A stretch of 64,000 nt of DNA from Phoronis australis. Lineage: Eukaryota > Animalia > Phoronida. Numbering within the stretch: position 1 is the first letter of the stretch; the number at the start of each line of letters is the position of its first letter. The stretch lies in NCBI GenBank assembly GCA_002633005.1, contig NMRA01000201.1, positions 513,739-577,738 of the forward strand, read 5' to 3'. Under the pieces are notes generated by a model. The model saw only the letters and a list, made by a program, of their open reading frames with translations. It was not told the DNA's origin and did not search any database. The position numbers were made by a program, and so were the translations under genes. Below, piece after piece: positions 1-12,932 of the stretch.

Positions 1-926
1 GTCAACACGTGGTGTCATATTGTTTATAACCTGGAGTGATATATAATGAATAGACGAAACGTCGAATCAATATGAACATTTGCATTTGTGCGGCGATTGT
101 CCGTTTTTGATCCTATAATGGCCACAAACTGATGTAATATACCTCACAAGATACGCAGAAATGACGTCACATCCAAAGTAGAAAGTTATCGGAAATGGAT
201 CTTAAGGTTACAAAGGAAGAAAGATGGTACAGGACTAATAGTTTCCTGTTAAAGGCTCCTGGGACGCGTGCTATGAAAAAACATGTAGGTCTAAGCTGAG
301 ACCGAAAGTTAGCCTGCTACGGAGTATTCCTGAGATGGGACTTCAGGTCTAAATGACCAACATCTAGGACTATTTTCACTGCTAACTGTTGAGGAACTGT
401 TGATACTTTTGTTCAAAATTTAATGTCCCTAAACAATGGTGAATTGAAGATAGCTTACTATCGATTCGAAAACAGGCAAAGTGGCTCAGACTCGTATAGA
501 CGATACAGTGCAACTTACCTTCACATTCGAAATGATATTTTTCAGCCATACCAAAGGGTTCTCAAGTAAAGGACATCCCAACTGCATACTCAAAATCATG
601 TAAATTAGTGCCAGTTTTAGAATTTCAATACCAAGAATATCCTTCGACCGTGATTCACTCACAGTGTACCATCTCGTTTTGTGAATTCACAACAGGTTGC
701 AAAGGCGTAGCTTGTACGCTCACCTATATTCAAAATCCGACTTAATTTCTGTTTAAAACCAAAAACAAAAAACAAGCGTAGTTTTCTTGACATGGTCTTT
801 TTCTGAATTTTCGCCTCCGGTACGAAACTCTGTACACATTTGTGATCTTTGGTCTTTACTCTCAATTCATTTTTTCATGGTACAGGCCCCTGGATTAGAA
901 TTGAAGTAACGATAGATGCCCTGACA

Positions 927-995
927 GTTATTCCAGTCAAACACGGTGTGCGGAACGAATGCCCTTTTCCTGTAGTCAGCTGTGTGCTCGATACG
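927..995 (-). mobile_element. Short 3'-end fragment of a CR1/L2-group LINE reverse transcriptase
   Basis: Minus strand reads DYRKRAFVPHTVFDWNN, resembling the terminal 'YxxSFFPRTIxxWNxL' motif of CR1-group ORF2. Confidence 0.35.
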
Positions 996-1707
996 TTCCG
1001 ACAACCTTCAAGGGGCTTATTCTTAGATGGCAGGCGGCGGTAGAAAGCACTAACAGAAGAGTTGTGCACTAATTACCTGTAGAATATTCCAAGTCTTTCT
1101 GACTTCCACATTTCACCAAAGAGAAGCCATTTGAGGTTCCCAAATTTAGAATTGACATTTGACATTCATCTAAAACACCGATCTTCTCTTATCGTGAATA
1201 TTCTTAGCTGTGAAGGAGTTCACCCATTGCTTTGTGGGCAAGTTGAAAAGTTGACAAAGAACTCTAAAGTTTCTTCGAAGGAATGATACCAAACTCTGTT
1301 TGGTGATTTCTACTCATCGATCACTTGAGTGATAGAAGCAGGGTTCAGCTGAAGCACCCACTTACTGTGTGACATAGTATTGAGATGGTTCTTGGTGGAA
1401 GGACTTTCTCCGTATTTGTCGTGTAACAGACCCAAGACGTGGAACACGTTTGCTGATCAATAAACTTTGTAAGGGGTTTTCAGATTTGTTCCAAAATGCA
1501 GAGCAGTATGTTGTTTTAGAGATCCGGATAAAAATTGCTGTTGAATTCTGCTAATAGGACTTTAAAAGCCGGGTTTAGTGTCCTTTTAAGGCTGTGATAC
1601 ATTTCATTAAAAGATCAACACAAATGAATATGAAAGAATCTGTTGCGGTCATCTGAAATTAAAAAATCCCGACATTCGGACTCCTTATGTTATCCTTGAG
1701 CTGCCCA

Positions 1708-2045
1708 TTGTGTGTGTGTGTGTGTGTGTGNNNNNNNNNNNNNNNNNNNNNNNNNNNNNNNNNNNNNNNNNNNNNNNNNNNNNNNNNNNNNNNNNNNNNN
1801 NNNNNNNNNNNNNNNNNNNNNNNNNNNNNNNNNNNNNNNNNNNNNNNNNNNNNNNNNNNNNNNNNNNNNNNNNNNNNNNNNNNNNNNNNNNNNNNNNNNN
1901 NNNNNNNNNNNNNNNNNNNNNNNNNNNNNNNNNNNNNNNNNNNNNNNNNNNNNNNNNNNNNNNNNNNNNNNNNNNNNNNNNNNNNNNNNNNNNNNNNNNN
2001 NNNNNNNNNNNNNNNNNNNNNNNNNNNNNNNNNTTTGTGTGTGTT
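1708..2045. repeat. (TG)n microsatellite flanking an assembly gap
   Basis: TG runs on both sides of about 300 Ns. Confidence 0.85.
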
Positions 2046-3672
2046 GCTTGCTTCGCCACCTGTTCCCTAGTCCCAGTAAGAAATAGAGTTCTACCTTTAT
2101 GGAATCAAGCACAAGTCACATTTCTTCTGAACTGGCCAAACTTTCTGTCATTTTATCATCTGCGAACAGTTTGACTTCAGCGAAATACAACTAATGAGAG
2201 GCACGTTTTAGGAAAGAAAAGCAGACAAGGTCCCAGAACTGATCCTTGCGATCATGATATTTCAACTGGGAAACTTGATTACAATCCTTGCAATCCCAAC
2301 TTGGTTCCTGGCATTTAAGAATATGTTAAACCCACCATTTATCCCTAAAACGGGGCTTAATATCCTTTTATGCTTATTTTACTAAGTTAAGTTTACGCTG
2401 ATACGTATTTCCTGTGAATTTTACCTGTACTGCTCTAAACATGTCTATATCCATAGCTATAGTTGGTGAGAAAAACAATTACAAATCTCTTTACATGTCA
2501 ATGTTCGGGTAATCTATCATTCACTTCCCAAACCAAGCAGACGTTAAAGCTTTAATGGATGATAATAATGTGAGTGAGTATAAGCAACCAATAAACACAT
2601 TTTATTTTAAACTGGGTCAGCATGACTGTAATTTATACATGGGGGTGTACCACTGGTGGACGTTACTTTGGCACGTAAATTTCAAGACGGCGTAAGTTCA
2701 CGCAGGACTTCGCGAGATATCGTCACATATTACAAGTGAATCACGTGATCACACTAGCTTCCTTCGCGAGATTATTGTGTCTGCTAAGCTCAACCCGTTA
2801 CACACATACTGCATTGGGGCTCTCAAAGGCGTTTCTTTAAAAATACATCAGGGCTAGTTTACAATCAAGTTTGTGACGCTGGTTTTTAAACACTAAAAAC
2901 TTCATGAATTTGTTCAGGTAGTTTGAAATGTTGAGCTAAACTTATTTCCAGGCGGATATTATTTGTTCCAATCGGACCTATCGTTCCCGATATATGTACC
3001 ATTTCGTTGGTGCAGGTTCACTGAGTAAAGCTCAACGTACACGGAGTAAATAACGTGATACCTGAACGAAGACTGGACGCATCACTGGGAGGGTATAATT
3101 ATTCTAAGAATGGCTTCGGCTTTAACACCAGAGTTCATCCTTAGGATTAGTATTCTAGTGGCCAACGTGAAAAGACAGCACAGTAATGTGTATTTTACAT
3201 AACAATAACCTATTTTTACAACTGACAATTTTAAAGCGGAACAAACCCCATTTTCCGTCACAGAAACATTATTTTTCTAGACCAAGTACCGCCGTAAAAA
3301 TAACATTGACTAATTACCGACTAGCATAAGAAGTGCTTATAGGAGTTTAAAAAAATGATGACATTGCTTTATACCATGCCACTTGCAGAAAATGACTCGC
3401 CATGACAAGTCAATGTTCACACCCTGGTCTAAAAAATCACCTGATGTGCAAGCTAAAAACCATCACTAAATAAATCCAGACCTATTTCAACGGTTTCCGA
3501 TATAAATCAAAAACTAACTTTTGTGAAGGAAGTCGGGTTTATAGCCGTTTTAACTTGATGCAAGTGTACCAAACATTGTGTATGCAGAGGTGTACATCAA
3601 TATACTGTAGTCCAGTTTCTTCTCATACCATCATCTCGTTTCGGTTGACAGATTTTCCGTGAATTACCATGC

Positions 3673-3720
3673 ATTGGTGGTTTTATAAGTGAGACAACAC
3701 GATTTAGGGTCACAGTCCTT
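3673..3720 (+). promoter_or_regulatory. Candidate core promoter (TATA-like plus Inr-like) of paralog 1
   Basis: TTTATAAG at about 3682-3689 with CAGT about 30 nt downstream; the paralog has TTTATA...TCATTC at similar spacing (about 58222-58260). A conserved ttgacag at about 3651 could instead be the acceptor for an upstream UTR exon. Confidence 0.3.
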
Positions 3721-3778
3721 CGCCTCGCTTAACTGGTTGGGCATCTTCTTCACAGAGTTGACCAGAGTTGGACGCATA

Positions 3779-3864
3779 ATGCCAGTCTTATTCACAAGAA
3801 TGTCTTCTCTTTTGCAGCTGCTGATTTTAAGTTCCTGGTTTGCTTTGACATACTGTCTTACGGG
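3779..3864 (+). CDS. Exon 1: signal peptide MPVLFTRMSSLLQLLILSSWFALTYCLT(G)
   Basis: Hydrophobic N-terminus, donor GG|GTAAGT (phase 2); frame and donor are conserved in the paralog at 58318-58403. A second in-frame ATG (MSSLL) is an alternative start. Confidence 0.8.
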
Positions 3865-4701
3865 GTAAGTTTAAAAGGACATATCGATATTTCTCTTCGT
3901 AATTCATAGAGCTGCATTAATGTTAAATTGTGCTTTTTTCATTTATTGCGGTAACAAGTTGACATTGCAAATACTCCATGCAGCTGTAGGCAGGGTCCTA
4001 GGAAGAAAGGAGCTTATATTCTAATTAATTGGCAGCCGTCTGTGTGAAATCAAGGCAATGGCCGTGTGCGTAGGACCGTGGGCAGTGGAGAAAAGAAATA
4101 TACAGTGACACACGTACATTGTAGAGGAGAGTGAATTTAGGAAAACATCAGTCAACTGCCAGCGCTGGATTTACCCTTTGGAGCCCTGCTCAGGAGATTT
4201 TGCTAGGGGAGGCCCAATCGATTTTGTACCGTATTTCGTCTGATGCACTCTTAAATGGGACAAAGCCAAGGAGTTGGTCTAAACCGTTTTTACAGTAACT
4301 GGAACTTACAAAAACAGATTTTTCATATACGTGTCATTCGTGTTTTTGTTGTTGTCCCCGACTCCAGCCATTTACCGCTCACTGGATACCAAACAATGTG
4401 ACTGTTATACTTCACTCGAGGATTGTCTCCGAATATTCGTCATGGCAAATACAACCACTTTTGGAACACAATATACGATCAATGTCCACAATCGTAGAAC
4501 AAACGTGGATGGCGGGAAATGATTTTGACTGCGAACGTCCCTTCCAGAATACAAGTACGACATCATCCCTCTTTCAAGAACTCCCAAAAGATACCCCACC
4601 TACACCATCCATAACATCACTGAACTCCCCTACCAATAAGACAATCCCCAAAAGACCCGCTCCCTGTCTCTCACATTACAACACTGTTCTCTCACACAAA
4701 A

Positions 4702-4718
4702 ACGCGCGCGGGCGCGTC

Positions 4719-4752
<34 letters not shown>
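4702..4752. repeat. (CG)n-(CA)n microsatellite
   Basis: Seen directly; a related CA-rich tract sits at the paralogous position, about 59780-59860. Confidence 0.9.
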
Positions 4753-4756
<4 letters not shown>

Positions 4757-5070
4757 AGCGCACACCAGCCGCACAGGTTCCGAACATGCTTCCTATTTCG
4801 GTCAGCACAAAAAGCGCACGCCTCAGAAAATAATCCCTCCCAACTCTCAGACGACACACAATTCCCCCATAGCATCGTATGGCTCCTTTATGTATGCTGA
4901 ACACATCGATATGTCAAGATTTATAAAACATCAATTAATACAAAATTACCGTATAATACCTTTTTTATAAAATGTGTCATTTGTTCTTACGTCTACGGTT
5001 CTTATAGCATTAAATCAAGCATACAATACAATTATTAGCAACTGACGTTGCATGCTGCGTCTATTTTCAG

Positions 5071-5184
5071 ACCTTCAGGCGGCGTTTGCTCGTATTATGT
5101 TCAAGTTTCTTACAAACAGAGCTACAGTGAGAAATACTACACCAGTTGTGGATTTTTTGGATGGGATCGCTGTACAAGATACAG
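5071..5184 (+). CDS. Exon 2: EMI-like domain, N-half (GPSGGVCSYYVQVSYKQSYSEKYYTSCGFFGWDRCTRYR)
   Basis: ttttcag acceptor and AG|GTAAGT donor, phase 2-2; EMI-type Cys/Tyr pattern; conserved in the paralog at 60168-60281. Confidence 0.85.
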
Positions 5185-5389
5185 GTAAGTGCTTTTGCAG
5201 AAGCATTTGTTCATTGAACCAACGAGTCGCTCACATGTTATTCTTTACATATGAAAGCATTTCGCCCAGGCATTAAACAGGTTAAATCTGATGGTCAAAT
5301 GGAACAAAAATACTTGCAGGGTGGCATTATGTTTTAATTAATATCTCGATGTTCACTGGCGTAGTCATGCTTTTGCAACAAGCCGTTAA

Positions 5390-7095
5390 AGGAGAATGCC
5401 ACCCGATCTAATTAGTCTGTTTTACCGTCTTAATCGGTCTATATCCACGTCGCCTCTTATACAGTCGACCTCACGTTGCCGAGAAGTGTCGCGTTAACCT
5501 GTGAGGAAGGTGTGAAACGACGCAGCGACATCAGTGGTTCGTCTGCAGAGTGAATGCCGCTATATTGCGGTGCATCGTTCCATTTGTCCGAACTATGAAG
5601 CTGCGAAAAAAGCGGGTACATGTATATCCTTTCGACTTCCTCGAGAGCCCGAAATGCTTAGGAAGTGGCTCGCGGTAGTGAAGAATGAAAATAGCAAGTA
5701 TGAGGCCGTGAAACATCTCCGTTTCTGTGGCTGGCATTTCGTCGACAGTGATTTCTCTGGATGAATTCCGTCTTACCAAAGAATTATACATTCGTTCCGT
5801 TGCCTGTGCAGGTTCACGGCGCCTCTCTTTATATTTCTTGATCAGTGTATTGCGGTTAGAACTGATAGCCTGTGGAACCTAACGATCCGAGCCGTGAAGT
5901 CTTCGTCGGATGAGCTTGACTAAATCGGGACTGGCGCCGGGCGAGTTGCCATGTAGACGTTTATTATCCTGCGTTCTGTTTCAAAATGAATTATTCTCAT
6001 CCTAACCAATGCTTATAAGAAACTGAAACAAAGTCTGTCTCATTAGATACAATTTGTAATGGCTTTGCAGTATTCGTAAGTGCAAATGTTGAGAAGTCAG
6101 CAATGAATAAACCACTTCGTTACCGGCTGTAGATGCCAGCAACAAAGGTACATGTAACTGACCGGGCATCGAGGCCGTGTGAGCGCATGCTAATTCAGTG
6201 TTTACTGACAGAAAGCTGTTTTAAAGCAATTACTCGATTTTATATGCTATGGTTACACGTTAGAGGAATATTTATTTAGAAATACAAATGCATTATTCAA
6301 ATCAATGTTACTGTACATTGTCAAGCTTTGCCCTGACGGTCTCTGGAATGGGAACCCGACTTTGCGGCCTCCGACAAGTAATAGATTTTCAGTTTCGTGG
6401 CTAATTCACATAATAATGTGCACAATTGGCTCTCACTATTATAGTCTCTTCGTGACTGGAGGTTTAGTTTAGAACTCAAGCTGGTTTATATGTTCGTGCC
6501 AGTCAGGTCCCAGCGGCCGCGACGGGCCTGAACGGGTTCCGAGCCACTGGCCGGGATAACGAATCAGTCCGGCCGCGCCGGGTCTGATCGGGTTCCGAGC
6601 CACTGGCCGCGATAACAAGCGTTTTGTGTGTTTAGATCTAAAAAATCACAAGTATAAACAACACAGATCTGGGTTCTGCTGTCTGTATTTCACGGAAGAA
6701 TACTTCGAATTTATCTCCGAACAGACCTCAAACTCCTGCTTCGGACCTTGGTAAATTGGCCTGCCGAACTTTGTAGGCTACGGTGTATCCAAATACCAAT
6801 AAATATGTAACAGCGAAATAAGCGAAATAAAACAACATGTTTTTATAAGAACTCGGTGTATTTTTAAGGGTTTTACATCGAAGTTATATTTTGATTTATT
6901 GGTGTTGAACGATCAATTCAAGCGGTAAGCTGACACCAGTAACCCGTGTTGTGAACTGCTGAACAGACTACGTGTGAAACCAATTACGTCCGTCTGCCGT
7001 CAGGTGTCAGGTAAGGCAACCGAACGTGCCGTTATCGAGTAGAACTACTTGATCTAAATTAATACAAAATAGGTTGTTTTTGGTGGCATTCTCCT
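5390..7095 (+). mobile_element. Non-autonomous Kolobok-type DNA transposon (THAP remnant + convergent KolX remnant)
   Basis: Perfect 14-bp TIR AGGAGAATGCCACC (5390-5403 and 7082-7095); TTAA TSD (5386-5389 and 7096-7099); empty TTAA site in the paralog at 60810-60813. THAP-like C...FRLPRE...RKWL...FCGWHFVDSDF at about 5550-5760 (+); KolX-like GYQF*PQYTDQE at about 5830-5885 (-). Internal ~60-bp direct repeat at about 6515-6620. Confidence 0.8.
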
Positions 7096-10059
7096 TTAAA
7101 GCCCTGCACATACGGTCGGATTGCAGAGGAATACATTTACTTGTAATTGCTGAGTACGACAAATCATATGTTTCCGTCAAGAGATTTTCCAGGTCAAATT
7201 CGACCAATTTTAGCACTTTCACATTATACGATCTATTGAAACTTAAATATGTGCGTGAAATATGAGTCATCACCACAGATGAGACCCAAAAAGTCTAGTT
7301 AGTTGTGTTTCGTACCCGACTTGTTTCAAGATCTCAGTGGCTAAAGGAGAAGCGCCCTCTCGCATCAGTTTCAACCACTGTCTTGTGACGTTTTTTATTT
7401 GAAAAGCTGCCCAAAGGCACGTAAATGTAAAGAAGAGTAATAGACCTTTCTCAAAATTAATGCATGACTCACATTCCAATCCCAGAAGGAGGCTAGTACT
7501 GACCAGTCTACAGGAAGCTGTCTGTTTACACTTAATCTCTACAAAAACAATTGCACACTGCTGTGTCTCTTGCTGCACAAATAACCGAAAAGAAACAAAG
7601 TAGTGTCATTTCGTCAATATCTTACTGACTAAGAGTTAATAAGACAGTGACTAGTGAAGATTTGAAGATACAATGTGCCAACTTTGCAAGTAAATTATGA
7701 CACAATCTGATATCAACTCTAGTCAACTTTAATGTATCACCAGTGGCCGTGATGCTTGAATGGCTAGTAACTTTCAAGCACACCATTTCCTAGTAGCACT
7801 TTGAACTTCTCCAAAGTAAAGCTTTATTTTAAATAAATAATTTCTGGGATTTAAAGAAAATGACAAACTTTGAATGTTCTACAAACACAGTCACAAAAAC
7901 CGAGACTTAATTCACAGAGACTGCTTGAGTTGTCAGGCTGGACTGAAGACAGTCATATAGATTTGTATATATTACAGAAAACTGCAGGTCACACACATAC
8001 CCTCTCAAGTTTATGAATGAATCATTTCACAGTAAAACAAGCAGTCACGCAATGATGCAAACACTGGTGTAAACCCTGACTTTCATAATTTTTACAACTC
8101 AAAACCATTTTGAATATGAAAAGTTCAATTTCATGTTAACATGCCCCCAGAGTGGTCAACCTGTACCATGCTTATTCTCCTGCGATTTTTGAGATTCGAT
8201 ATTCAAGTTTTCTAAACAGCTTGGTGTCAGGTAAGTGCACCAAAAACTCACATTGAAATTCCAACGGATCAACTGAACCGAATTTCCGAGAGAGAAGTTG
8301 ATAAGTGCAGATATAGTTTTTAGCTAGACCTTTCATGATCGCGCATGCGTTTCCCACTCGTTAAGAAGTTTAGTCCCAAACTTTGGGGTTATTAGGTGCA
8401 ATTTTCTGGTCTTCAGTTGCAGTTTTCTGTTGTCTCAGAATTTTTCAGTAGGTTAGTACTGACACGTTGTATAAGGGAGAGCGATCATATACACGTGGTT
8501 CAACCAATTGCCAATCAACTGATTCTGTCGATAACACAAGTATGACTGAAAATGCACTATAAGACCCTCAGAGGCGTCAACCGGTACATTTCTTTTAAAT
8601 GCTTCTTCTGCGATATTTGAGATTGGTTCTTCAAATATCGTAAACAGCTTGGCCATGTAATTGCACCCACAACGTACACGAAATTTCGATCGGATGAACT
8701 GAACTGAATTTCCTGATCAAAGATTGCACGTCTCCCGTCACAAAGATAACGTCACTTGATGTACGATCGCCAAATATTTTTTTCTGGCGCTAAGTTTGGT
8801 TTCTGATGAGGTTGCACCATAGTAATTACCGCAATTATTAATGTCAGGAGTAAACGAAGAGCCGGATGAAACGCTTGTGTGTACCAATAATACATATGCG
8901 TGTACTTAACATGTTCAAAGCTCATTTGGCCATTTCACCCTCTCTTTGTGTTTTGGAAAGAATTTTTCCGAGCACAAGAAAGGATAAGGGTAGGGTATGA
9001 AGGGGAATCATGGCAGTCAAGGCAAAACTACTCTATTATTACTTTTTCAGAGTCCTAGGAACGGCAGAACTATCGAATGTGGTTTAATATGGTTTCTCAG
9101 TGGTAAAAGTAATGAACCCGACGTCACAGCATTCAGCCATTCCCAATTTTGGTTGAAAGTTGCGAGACCCATTTCCTTTTACAGTTAACGGGTATGGGGA
9201 TCACCTTTGACGTTATGTAGTTGCAGGGTAGAGTATTAGCCAAGATTTTTGCCCATCCGACATTCGCACCCCCGAACTGCCAAATGAAACCTGGGAAAAT
9301 TTTAGGCATGGCCCCTTGGCCCCCTTAAATCTGCCACTGGATCGACATACTTTCGTCCAAGGCAAGCGCATTAATGCCCACACACGGAATTCCGTGTGTC
9401 GTTCATCGTGTTTCAACAAGGCCAGTTTTCAATATAGGTGTCACTGTCAGACGGTGTCGTAGTCACACGAAAAATGGCGATTTTTGCAACGATTGTCCAA
9501 CGTAGTGAAATGTTGAGAATTGATCATAAGATGCATCAACAACACTAATAGGTAGTTCCAGTGGGGCACCTAGGATACCTTAAAGGAGTTAAACATTTGT
9601 CTTGTAAGCGTCACCCAGGAAAAAATTGCTTTTGCCTCTAAAAAACAAGCAATTTACTTGATTTCTGAAGTATTATCAAAGAAGAAAATGAACGTGTAAA
9701 ATCTCAAATTTTGTAAACGCCTCGTATTTAAACTCACGGCCTGTCTGCATGAGCGTGCGTGCTCTACGAGTGCGCCACCATGCGCCCTCTTACAATATTA
9801 CACTAAGAGACGTACTTGTTTACATGTATGGTCCACAGCGTTTGCGCGCGAACCTAGTTCATTCGGTAATGCTTATTACACGCTTTATATTTTGTGCAAC
9901 CAGTTCTTAGCAAAACTTGTTGTATTTAAAAAAGTCTTCAATGGGGCTATTCGGAAAATCTACAATAACTAGAAGGCGCGCGTATACTAGCGGTGATAGA
10001 TTAACAGCCTCGATTTCGCGAGCCCTTTAAATACATGGTGAAATGGCTTGCAGCCGTGC

Positions 10060-11400
10060 CAACTGAATCTGAGATTGCGTAAAAAGGGTGTTTCTATGAG
10101 AGGAAGTAAGCTCGACCTTATACAAAGGTAAGGTTTGTAATTATTTGAATTATTATTCCATATTTATTGTACTGATGCCTGTTAACTGAGGTACTCGCCG
10201 GTGTCGACTTCGCGGCATCGCCACTCGGCTTAATCTTTCTTTGGTGTGATATGTGTTACGATACTTGACGTAGCTCTCGGTATCTTTTCGTACATCAAAG
10301 CATTATTATTGTTTGGAATGATTTCTAACAGGTTTATCAGTGACAGTTACATCAATCGATGCTGAATGTTTATGCTGTCAACTCGATATAGGTTAATGAG
10401 TTAAGATTACAATCCAAGCCCAATGGCAAAGGGTACATGACCAAAATCCATTGCATTTGACTATTTGTTTACTCCCTACCACATGTCTTCTGGAAATTTA
10501 TTACACGTTGAAATGGAAATCTATCACGTCTGTGTTCACGTAACCTTGGGGTTTTAGGTTTGAGGGCTTCTACCGTGCAGAGGAGATATGCATCGCTTCT
10601 GCACCGACCCTGAATTGACAAAAATTGGTTTCAAGCATTTGACTGCAGTTAACCAACAAGATCTTCCCATCCAGTGCAGATCTGTTGTCAAAACCTAATA
10701 TTGGAGACAACCAACAAAGCCCTGGAAAAAGAAAGGTATGTAAGTCATTTTGTAAAAATACTTATTCAGGTTCTTAGCGGGGGATTGGCATGGGGGTTGG
10801 GGTTAAAATATAATAATAATAATATATAATTTAATTATATTTTCATATTTGTTCCAGGTTCAGTGACATTTTAAGGCCATTTCAAGCTGCAACATTGACA
10901 AGCTTTGTTACTCCTTTCTCTTCCCACAGCATTTCCACACACCAGCAGTGTTGCATGGCACATTAATGTACAAGTCAGTGGCCATGGAGAAATGTGAATC
11001 GCACTACTAAGTTACCATAAGACAATGTGCCAGTGGACTGTCTGTGTTTGAAGAGGAACTATATCTGACTGCTACACAAGGAAGCCTTGTTGGTGAGGAT
11101 GCCCTTTCATAGGCAACAAGTCATGTGTGGACAATAGCGCATTTCCTTTCCTGGAAGAAACATGAGGGACTGAAGCTAAAGAAGACCTAGTGGCACTCTG
11201 GTCTAATTCAGGGTCTGATTTTGGGTTCAAAACGATTCAAGTGATATGCTGCTGTGTTTACTTTCAAGGGTCTGATTGTGGATGTTATTCAGGCTGAATG
11301 AGGTTACATGAAAGAAAGCCTCGTTTCGACACTTGACCTATTTTACAAGCGCTTCTATAGGCCATTGAAGCTAGATCCCAGGAAAATGAAAGCCAAAAGC
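10060..11400 (+). pseudogene. Decayed SAP-domain / YqaJ (lambda-exonuclease-like) gene of the ISL2EU-like element
   Basis: QLNLRLRKKGVSMRGSKLDLIQR|gtaagg (SAP-like), then HTPAVLHG...SVAMEK...SGL...YLTATQGSLVGEDAL...LKLKKT...IQG...VFTFKGLIVDVI...LDLFYKRF, which follows the YqaJ motif order but with stops and frameshifts. Confidence 0.6.
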
Positions 11401-12059
11401 TGACTGACATTAAATTTTCCTTTCAGAAGAAAGGCTTTATACTATTGGTAAAAACTTTTCAATTTGGTACACATTATGGGGAAATGACATTCAGTGACTG
11501 CATCGATTGTCTTATTGTCAGTAGAAAGCCCTCTGATGTTACACGTTGATGATCGAATAAATTTTTAATCAACATGCAAGTTTGTCACTAATTATTAAAA
11601 CCACAATATTTCTTCAGTTTTAAAGTCACATGCAGTGCACTAGTGCTTATTCTTGATAAAGCTGAAGTGATTACCGAATACGCTTGCGAATTGTCATTTT
11701 CCCGTTGACCTATAGAAATGTGCAGCGATCAAAATGAAGTATCCCCTTTGTTTGCATTTGATTTGTTTGTGTGTGTAATTATTTTTAGAGCTTTCTTAAG
11801 AAGGTCTTTGAACAATTTTAAGGTGTATGAACAAAAGTTCCGCATGCAAGAAAAGTATGTTTTCAATTGTAGCTAGCTGGATAAGAATCTGCTATGCACA
11901 AGATTCAAGAATAAACAATTATCAGTGCATTTAAAAACAAATGGTATACTGAAAAAACACAGAAAGAAACAACATTGCGACGGAGTCCATAATCAGGCAT
12001 GTCAAGTGCTGAATTCCTGAATTACGTTCAATTCTCTCAGGTTATTGCTGAAGGGTTGC

Positions 12060-12932
12060 TTTTCATTTTGTCCAATTAGGTAAAATAGACGGTCGAGCGG
12101 TTGGTTTTAGTTGTTTTCTCTCGTCTGTAACAGATAGTTGGAGAAATATTAGCAAATTGTAAAAGAAAAGACAAGACAAAATTACTTTTGTAAGGCAGAA
12201 CATACTTGACGTTTCATCTTCACGTTTAAGTGTAGAAACTAATAACCTTTTTACCCAAGTCTTATTTAATGTCTGAATTAAAATATGTGAAACAGGCTAA
12301 AAATGATTTAACAATGTGTATTTTTCATGGCACTTACTGTAAAATGTGCTTCGGATCCCAACAAGTAAAATTCATTCTAGGTGCAATGTTACGACATTTA
12401 CTGAATTAAAGCTTATTCATATTAATTAGATAACTGATCTGGTAGTTTCGGGGGCTGGGGTCCGCGATAAAATAAGGAGAATTTTATTGAAAAAGCATAG
12501 TTTTGAAGAGAAACTGCTGTGAAAAAGTCACCCTTGACTTCTGTGCATCACGTACCATGCACCTCTTATTTTGGGAGCACTCCCACCCAGGACAATATGA
12601 ATATGTGCTGCTAGCCTACCCGGCATCCAAGTCCCGGGTGAGTTTCCACTCAATAAATCCATTATTCAGTGGGGTTACTGGTGGGGATAACATTACCGAA
12701 CGATGTTGATAGAAACTGATTGCTAAAAACTTGCCAACTAATGTTGTGTAGTCTCCGAATGGATCTGCAGAGTCATAGAGCACACACGGGGCTTCAACAT
12801 TTTCACACTTTTTGTCAGGTAGTTGACCCTTTTGACCGCAATTGTCCACGAATATAGTAACCTCAGGTCTTTTGGGAATTTGTGGCCACTTGTCGAAGAC
12901 TTGCACCAGGGAAATTAGCAGTAATAAGGCAT
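12060..12932 (-). pseudogene. Decayed THAP domain (transposase N-terminus) of the ISL2EU-like element, two exons
   Basis: MPYYC*FPWCKSSTSGHKFPKDLRLLYSWTIAVKR...VCS...DY from 12932; second exon ERKQLKPTARPSILP (THAP 'LKxxAVPxIF' box) at about 12075-12126. No DDE domain seen. Confidence 0.6.

Larger units (their letters stand above)
2600..7420 (+). repeat. Tandem duplication unit, copy 1 (5' region of the gene)
   Basis: Colinear similarity to about 52245-62060, e.g. tttattttaaactgggtcagc, ttaggattag..ttctagtggccaacgtgaaaa and aagcgccctctc..cagtttca.ccactgt; each copy carries its own transposon insertions. Confidence 0.85.

Noticed and set aside
1685-2174. Five overlapping ORFs of 124-154 aa
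   Set aside because: Artefacts of an N gap plus TG microsatellite.
2600-5389. Large dispersed repeat first taken for a transposon
   Set aside because: It contains the signal-peptide and EMI exons with conserved splice sites and has no TIR or TSD; it is a gene duplication.
5534-5764. Domesticated host THAP gene
   Set aside because: Lies within TIR/TTAA boundaries, lacks the C-terminal AVPT box, and has a decayed second copy in the window.
6515-6620. CRISPR-like spaced repeat
   Set aside because: Only two ~60-bp tandem units inside a MITE, with no unique spacers or cas genes, in a eukaryotic context.
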